A stretch of DNA of 64,000 nucleotides, from assembly GCF_009914755.1 (NCBI RefSeq), contig NC_060926.1. The stretch is one strand, 5' to 3'. This DNA is from the human T2T-CHM13v2.0 reference genome, Homo sapiens. Both the position numbers and the translations under genes were made by a program. Shown here in pieces: positions 48,156 through 64,000 of this stretch. Position 1 is the first letter of the stretch, and the number at the start of each line of letters is the position of its first letter. Below the pieces are notes generated by a model, which saw only the letters and a list, made by a program, of their open reading frames with translations, made no database searches and had not been told where the DNA came from.

Positions 48156-49038
48156 TACTTCCGAAACCATCAGGGCAATCTGTGCTTGAAATGGTATTGA
48201 ATTTACACTGATTCATTCTCATAGTCATTCACATGCTGGGTCCCTTTCTGACAAAGCTTCCCACACTTGCCAGACTGCTCGAAGGGGCTGGCAGCAGTCT
48301 AATTTGTAATTACTGGTACCTGGCTTATTATTTAACTAACTGAGAAAATGCATAGGCATCAATAACTCAAAAGACATTTAAGTCAAAGTCCATGACTCTT
48401 TGCCTCTTAGATTTATAAGGCACAAAAAGCCTAAGTAAAGAAGAAAGGCATACATCAGTATCTAACTAGTAATGGTGGCACGTTTTTATTTTTATTTAAT
48501 TATAAACAAAGGAAAGGCCAATTACATCCTCTACTCAGGTAACTCCTCCCTGGAAATGCAGTCTTCCTTCTGGCTATCTCAGGTTATTCAGCCTTCAAGA
48601 TGCAAATCAAATCACAGTGCATGTGCAGAGCAGTGTGCTAATGCTGTTCCAAGAATGGTGTGTGAGCATTCCATTCAGTTCTGATATGATAAACCACTGC
48701 CTTTGCAATTCACTTTTCTACTCTTAACTATTCTCATTAAACAAATCTGGGTTTCCAAGTGAAAATAACAGCAAACAGTTCCCATGTCAAATTCCCTGGA
48801 AACCTTTGTAATTATCTTTCTAGCCCTATAATGAACCAGTACCTTGAGCAGCTGAGGTACTTAATAAATGTGTACAAAATTAAATTCTTCTATAAAGTTG
48901 CCCGACCTTTTAGTCCTTGAGGATCATCACCTCTTTTAAAATTATAGAATACACATTGTTCTCCCTATGCAAATGGTAAACAATGTGAGGACTGAGACAG
49001 TATCTTATACATCTGTATTTTCCACCAGAACTAGCATA

Positions 49039-49462
49039 GGCCAGGCTCAGTGGCTCACATCTGTAATCCTAGTTGTTTGGGAGACCAAGGCAGGAGGATC
49101 ACTTGAGGCCAGGAGTTCAAGAACAGCCTGGACAACAACACAGCGAGACCCCCATCTCTACTAAAAAACTTTAAAAATCAGCCAGGCATTGTGAGGTGCC
49201 TATAGTCCTAGCTACTTGAGAGGCTAAGGCAGGCAGATCCTTTAAGCCCAGAAATTCAAAGCTGCAGTGAGCTGTGATTGTGCCACTGCACACCAGCCTA
49301 GGTGACAACGCAAGATTGTTTTAAATGAATTAAATATATATATATATAGACAGGGTCTCGTTGTGTTGCCCGGGCTGGTCTTGAACTCCTGGCCTTAAGC
49401 AATCATCCTGCCTTGGCCTCCCAAAGCGCTGGGATGACAGGCGTGAGCCACCACACCCGGCC
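49039..49462. mobile_element. AluJ (+, 49039-49320) and FLAM (-, 49347-49462), tail to tail
   Basis: Alu consensus in opposite orientations with a short (TA)n between. Confidence 0.88.
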
Positions 49463-49849
49463 TCAAAAAATGATATTTTTTTTAATAAGTAAATAAATAA
49501 AAGAAATAGCATAAAACCTTGAACATTACAAGAATTCAATTCATCATCAAAGTGATTATTATAACAACAGTTAAGTGATCCTTTGGAAAGTGGTCTAAAT
49601 GTGACCCAATAGGATTTACTTTCCAAAAAAATAAAATGGGAAAAATTAATCTGTTAAGTATATATTTCACATAAAAATTCCAAAGAAGCTTTTATTAATG
49701 ACCTGAAATAGGTCAGTAAGAGGACCTATTATATGACCTAAATAACCATAAATGTACCTCTATCTGAATGTTTTGTCTTATGCTATTCAAGCATGAAAAC
49801 CGTAAAGATTTTCTGCTAAATAAATAATATGCCATTCTTTCATACTCTG

Positions 49850-53700
<3,851 letters not shown>

Positions 53701-54154
53701 AAATAAAGCCTGTCTTCAGTCATGATAGAGGAACTGGGACTGGATTTATCTTCTCACCTTAAATAACTAGAAACCTGAACAAAATAAATGAAAAAAAGGT
53801 TTTAAAACACTGGGAAACAGGCAGTATAAAACTGTGACCACTGAAAAAGGAAATAAATGCCCTCTTTTATGAGCCCTACCATGTCCCAGCTTCCTGACTG
53901 GGGACAAGTGTCCCGGGCAGAGCGCAAAGACAGCACAGCGCCTGGCCATTCACTGAGTTGAGGAAACCCAGACAGGAGTTCAAGGAGGCAAAAGCAACAT
54001 CTGTAGGTTGGAACAGAAGAGAAGAAAGCTGCACAGGCAGGAAGCACTGCACATCTGGAGAGGGCCCCCAAGTCCCTGGCTAAAGAATAATATGCATATG
54101 CAGGACAGCAAAATACCCATGACTACGGCCATTTCCTATATTAGAGCTATGCTA

Positions 54155-54520
<366 letters not shown>

Positions 54521-54799
54521 TCAGTAAAGTTTATTCTATGTACAGTATATATTAATAAAGCTTATTTAAAAAGAACTAAAGAAAGGTCTGGGAAAAAAAA
54601 AAAACCTATTTCAGAGCAGTGGCTCCTCTGGGGGAAGAAATGGGACTGAACACACGGGAATGGCTAAAGTGCATTCCAACTGATCTGTACCATTTGGTAT
54701 TTTCACAGAATCGTATTTATATACTGCTTCATTAATTGATAGAATACAAACAATCCAACAAATAAGTTAATGAGAAAAAACAAGTTATAAAATAGGCAA

Positions 54800-55138
54800 A
54801 AGATGAAAGCATTCCCCTTGAGAACTGAAACAAGATATGCCTGAGCTCACCATTCTTATTTCACACAGTACTTGAAAGTCCTGGCCAGAGAAGTCAGGCA
54901 AGAGACAGAAATAAAAGGCATCCAAATAGGAAAAGAAAAAGTCAAATTATCTCTCTGCAGACAATATAATTTCATACCTAGACAACTCTAAAGACTCCGC
55001 CAAATGGCTCCTGAACTGATATACAACTTCAGTGAAGTTTCAAGATGCAAAACCAATGTACAAAAATCAGCAGCATTTCTGTATATCAATAATGGTCAAG
55101 CTGAGAGCCGTATCAAGAACACAATGCCATGTACAACA

Positions 55139-55181
<43 letters not shown>

Positions 55182-57250
55182 TCTCACGCAAAAACCTAGG
55201 AATATATCTAACCAAGGAGGTGAAAGGTATCTGCAAAGAGAACTACAAAACACTGCTGAAAGAAATCACAGATGACACCGACAAACTGAAAAAATGCTCA
55301 TGGAATCAATATAGTTGGAAGAATCAATATAGTTAAAACGGCCATACTACCCAAAGCAATCTACAGACTCAACGCTATTGCTGTTTTTTTGTTTTGTTTT
55401 TGAGAAGGTATCACTCTGTCCACCCAGGCTGGAAGGGCAGTGGCATGATCACGGCTCACTGCAGCTTCGACTTCCCAGGCTCAAGTGATAGTCCCACTTC
55501 AGCCTCCCGAGTAGCTGGCAGTATAGGTGCCCACCAACATGCCTGGTTAATTTTTTAAAATTTTTTGTAGAGACGAGGTCCCACCATGTTGCCCAGGCTA
55601 GTCTCAAGACTCCTGAGCAAGCGATCCTCTCTCCTTGACCTCCCAGAGTGCTAGGATTACAGGCGTAAGGCACCACAACTGGCCTCAATGCTATTTCTAT
55701 CAAACTACCAATGTCATTTTTCACAGAATTAGAAAAAACTATTCTAAAATTCATAAAGAAACAAAAAAGAGACTGAATAGCCAAAGCAATACTAAGCAAA
55801 AGAACAAAGCCTGAGGAATCACATTACCTGACTTCAAACTATACTATAAGGCTACAGTAACCAAGACAGCATGGTTGTGGTATAAAAACAGACAAATAGA
55901 CCAATGGAATAGAACAGAGAACCTAGAAATAAAGCCGCACACCTACAGGCATCTGATCTTCAACAAAGCTGACAAAAATAAGCAATGGGGAAAGGACTCT
56001 CTATTCAATAAATGGTGCTAGGATAACTGGCTAGCCATATGCAGAAGAATGAAACTGGACCCCTATGTTTTACCATAAACAAAAATTAACTCAAGATGGA
56101 TTAAAGACTGAAATGTAAGACCTCAAATAAAAGAATCCTGGAAGAAAACCTAGAAAGCACCATGCTGCACATTGGCCTTGGAAAAGAATTTACGATTAAG
56201 TCCTGAAAAGCAAATGCAACAAAAACAAAAATTGCCAATTAAACTAAAGAGCTTCTACATAGCAAAACAAACCATCATCAGAGTAAACAGACAACCTACA
56301 GAATGGGAGAAAATTTTTACAAACTATGCATCCAACAATAGTCTAGCAGCCAGAATCTGTAAGAAACTAACAACTAAACAAGGAAAAAACAACCCCATTA
56401 AAAAGTGGCCAAAAGACATGGACATACAAGCAGCCAACAAACATGACAAAACGCTCAACATAACTCATCATTAGAGAAATGCAAATCAAAACCACAATGA
56501 GATACCATCTCACAACAGTCAGAATGGCTATTATTAAAAAGTCAAAACACAACAGATACTGGCGGGGCTGTAGAGAAAAGGAAATGCTTGTACCCTGCTG
56601 GTGGGAATGTAAATTAATGCAGCCACTGTGGAAAGCAGTTTGGAGATTTCTCAAAGAACTTAAACCAGAACTACCATTCGACCCAGCTATTCCAACTTGG
56701 AATATATCCAAAAGAAAATACCTCATTCTACCAAAAAGACACATGTACTCATATGTTTCATCATAGCTCTATTCACAATAGCAAAGACATGGAATCAACC
56801 TAGCTGCCCATCAACGTGGACTGGATAAAACAAGTGTGGTACATACCTACCATGGACTACTACACAGCCATAAAAAAGAACAAAATCAAGTCTTTTGTAC
56901 CAACATGGATGAAGCTGGAGGCCGTTATCCTAAGCAAATTAACTCAGGAACAAAAAACCAAATACCATATGTTCTCACTTATAAGTAAGTGGGATCTAAA
57001 CATTGGGTACACATGGATATAAAGATGGCAACAACAGACACTGGGACTACTAGAGTGGGAAGGAAGATACCCGGTAAAGGCTGAAAAACTAACTATTGGT
57101 ACTATGCTCACTACCTGGGTAATTGGATCACTTGTACCCCAAACCTCAGCATCACACAATATACCCATGTAATAAACCTGCAAATGTACCCCAAATCTAA
57201 ACGAAAAATTGAAATTATTTTTTAAAAGGAAAAAAATTACTTACAAAAAT
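54800..57250 (+). mobile_element. L1PB/old-L1PA 3' half (ORF2 plus 3' UTR); antisense AluJ inserted at 55384-55684
   Basis: ORF2 remnants [57 protein letters not shown]; Alu TSD tcaa(c/t)gctatt. Confidence 0.92.
55140..55177. repeat. (CA)n microsatellite
   Basis: Perfect run of about 18-19 CA units. Confidence 0.95.
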
Positions 57251-57258
57251 GGAAATAA

Positions 57259-57658
<400 letters not shown>

Positions 57659-58189
57659 CTACTCAATCTTTATACGACCTTAGGAGAAATATTAAAACAA
57701 ATAGAGACACAAGGTAAAATATAAATTAAAATTTCACTATCAAAACTTTCCTGCAATGATTAATAATGTAACTGGCTAATTTGATTATAATTTTACAAAA
57801 AATTCAAGCATCATGTATTTGGCCATTGTATATATTGTTCTTATATGTCTTGTATTTTTTTTCTTCAAGGAGATAAGCCCTGCCTGAAAATTAGTATAAT
57901 TAATATACACTGAATTTGCATGTCAGGAAATAATTAAAGCTACTTTTGCTGAAATGCACATTTTAATAAGGTGATTCAAATTATTCTAAAGAAATTAGAC
58001 AAATGGCTAGAAAAATGTCAATGTGCTAATAAGAACAAAATATTGTTTAATTATTTTATTTTTAAAACAATGTGTGGAAGGAAAGGTATGGATTACCATA
58101 GGAGAAAATCAAATCATAGTTCATGGGGCTATAAGGCGAATGTCTTGAAATAAGAAAAACTTGTTTTATTACAAGAAGAAAACACATAC

Positions 58190-58385
58190 CTCTCTTCTTT
58201 ATTTATTTGGTCACCAAATCCCACTGTATTCACAATGGTCAATTTCAATTGAACATTACTTTCCTGGAGTTCATATGTCTGAGCTTTAAGTTTAACATTT
58301 GGGCAAAAATGTGAGGATTCATAGTCTTCAAAATTAGTATTAAACAATGTGTCAATCAGTGTTGATTTTCCAATTCCAGTTTCCC
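58190..58385 (-). CDS. SEPTIN10: Septin-10 coding exon (exon 4 in the recalled 11-exon model); P-loop
   Basis: Minus strand ttcag|GGGAAACT...GAAGAGAG|gtatgt; 196 nt. Encodes (G)[21 protein letters not shown]...[16 protein letters not shown](S), the septin G1 and G3 motifs. Confidence 0.97.
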
Positions 58386-59289
58386 CTGAAACACACAAAG
58401 GTACATCTTTATGGTTGCATGAATGGCTGAAAAGAAATACAACTGTAAATGCCTAGAGTGGTTTCAAAGATCCCAAATATTTCAAAGGCCAGGGTGCGCA
58501 TGAAAGAAATACACACTACGGCTGGTCCCCCAAGTCATTAGCAGAGCATAGAGTAAGTGTGCTAAGCTACTCAGGACTCTGACAACAACACTGAGATGTT
58601 TATATAACAAGCCAAAAGCTTAAAGCTAAGAAAAACAAAACTAACAGAATCTAAACAACTAAAGAGAATCCCTGGGATCATGATTTCAAATTGATAACAT
58701 GAGCATTGTTCTGCCCATGACAAGAATGAAGTGAGCACAAGGAATATGAAGGAACAACTTAGAGGAAGAGTAGGTGGCACGTACCCACACAGAGAATATT
58801 AAAGCAGAAACCTTGCTGAATGGATCTGTTCACCAGCTGATCAGGCAAACTCTCAAAACCAACATGGCCAGACATAGTCAACGAACGAATGTTTTCTCTT
58901 TTCTGAAGGAAAATAAAAACAAAAACAACAGCAATAAAAAAAACAACTTTGACTTAAATAGGATGTAGGCACACTTGAAGGACAAATATATCAAATAAAT
59001 GAAAATTTTTATAATCATTATACCTCACCTAAGATACAAGCGATTAAGTAAATTTTCAGGAAAAGAAACCTGTGTCCAGATCCTCAAAACATACATTTCT
59101 TATCCCCTTCATACAACGAGAGTCTAGCACTATGTATAACATTAAAACATTCGATTTCCAAAATAGGAAAATATCCAACTATGGCATATTCACTTACAAA
59201 ATAAAAAGTTAAAGTCCATTTGTTTATGATAAAAACTTAGAAAATTCTTACATTAAAATGTCAAGTGAAAAAAAAGCACAAAACAAAAG

Positions 59290-62070
<2,781 letters not shown>

Positions 62071-62073
62071 TAA

Positions 62074-62627
62074 AATGTCCACCTCCCGAGTTTAAGTGAT
62101 TCTTCCACCTCAGCCTCTGGAGTAGTTGGGATTATAGGCGCCACCACGCCTGGGTAATTTTTGTGGTTTTTTTGTTTGTTTGTTTGTTGTTGTTGGTTTG
62201 TTTTGTTTTTTGTTTTTCTTTTTTGAGATGGAGTCTCACTCTGTCACCCAGGCTGGAGTGCAGTCGTGCGACCTTGGCACACCGCAACCTCCACCTCCCA
62301 GGTTCAAGTGGTCAGGTCAGGTGCGGTGGCTCATGCCTATAATCTCAGCACTTTAGGAGGCCAAGGCAGGCAGGTTACTTGAGGCCAGGAGTTTGAAACC
62401 AACCTGGCCAGCATGACAAAACCCCATCTCTACCAGAAATACAAAAATAGCTGGGCATGGTGGTGCATGCCTGTAGTCCCAGCTACTCCGGAGGCTACAG
62501 CATGAGAACCGCTTGAACCTGAGGCGGAAGTTGCAGTGAGCCAAGATCCTGCCACTGTGCTCCAGCCTGGAAGACAGAGCAAGACTCTGTCTCAAAAAAA
62601 TTAATAAAAATAAAAATAAATAAAAAG
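62074..62627. mobile_element. Inverted Alu composite (62074-62310, -) abutting a full Alu (62316-62627, +)
   Basis: Alu consensus segments; see findings. Confidence 0.88.
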
Positions 62628-63073
62628 TAACATTGAATATCCAATAAAACAGCTAAAATTAAAAGGCTGAACATGTCAAGTGTTGGAGATAATGAAGAAA
62701 TGGAATGCTGATAAATTTGCTAGTCTGCAAAATGGTACAGTTGCTTTGGAAACTAGCTTGGCAGTTTCCTATGAAGTTAAACACATATTATTATATAGCC
62801 AAAAAAAACCCGCTTGGAGGTATCCAAAATAATGAAAACATATGTCCACCCAAGAACTTATGCATCAATGTTCACAGCAGTTTTATTCCCAATGGTCAAA
62901 AACTGGAAAGATTCCAAATATCAAACAAGTGGTGAATAGATAAACAAACTGTAGTATACTAAACTACTGATACGTGTCACAACATGGATGACTAGCTAGG
63001 TATCCCAATAGTGATTTATTTACTGAGGTCAGAGTTTTTAAAAATATGCATTATGTGCATTTTTCACATAATC

Positions 63074-63192
63074 ATATATATATATACACACACATATATA
63101 CACACATATATATGTGTGTGTATATATATACACACACATATATATGTATATATATACACACATATATATGTATGTATATATATACACACATA
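63074..63192. repeat. Compound (TA)n/(CA)n/(TG)n microsatellite
   Basis: Alternating purine-pyrimidine runs. Confidence 0.9.
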
Positions 63193-63289
63193 CAGATGTA
63201 AATATCTCGAAGGGTAATGACAGACTATTGAGAGTGGTTACCAGTCAGCAGTAGACTTACAGGTTGGGGTGAGAAGAAATCGCTTTTTA

Positions 63290-64000
<711 letters not shown>

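Noticed and set aside
55004-57022. L1 ORF2-like peptides
   Set aside because: Fragmented by stops, frameshifts, a CA repeat and an Alu; an inactive fossil.

Overview
Primate (most likely human) repeat-rich genomic DNA, not prokaryotic. The one protein-coding gene is the 3' part of SEPTIN10 (SEPT10) on the minus strand. Eight coding exons can be traced with matching splice phases: 58190-58385, 47645-47831, 40879-41040, 38827-38923, 37430-37598, 26151-26283, 19114-19301 and 17373-17388. A ~1.5 kb 3' UTR follows, ending near 15860; the 5' exons lie beyond the window. The intron 19302-26150 has a GC-AG splice pair. An 83-nt cassette exon (18524-18606) would shift the last exon into another frame, giving a ~95-aa Cys-rich, partly hydrophobic C-terminus whose length depends on an A9 homopolymer. 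The rest is an RPL37 processed pseudogene with an internal inversion, more than 30 Alus, L1/L2/L3 LINEs, MaLR/ERV LTRs and DNA-transposon fossils. Five local inverted or templated duplications look like template-switch scars. No wholly new biological system is evident. Exon numbering, repeat subfamily names and reference comparisons come from recalled consensus sequences, not from database searches.
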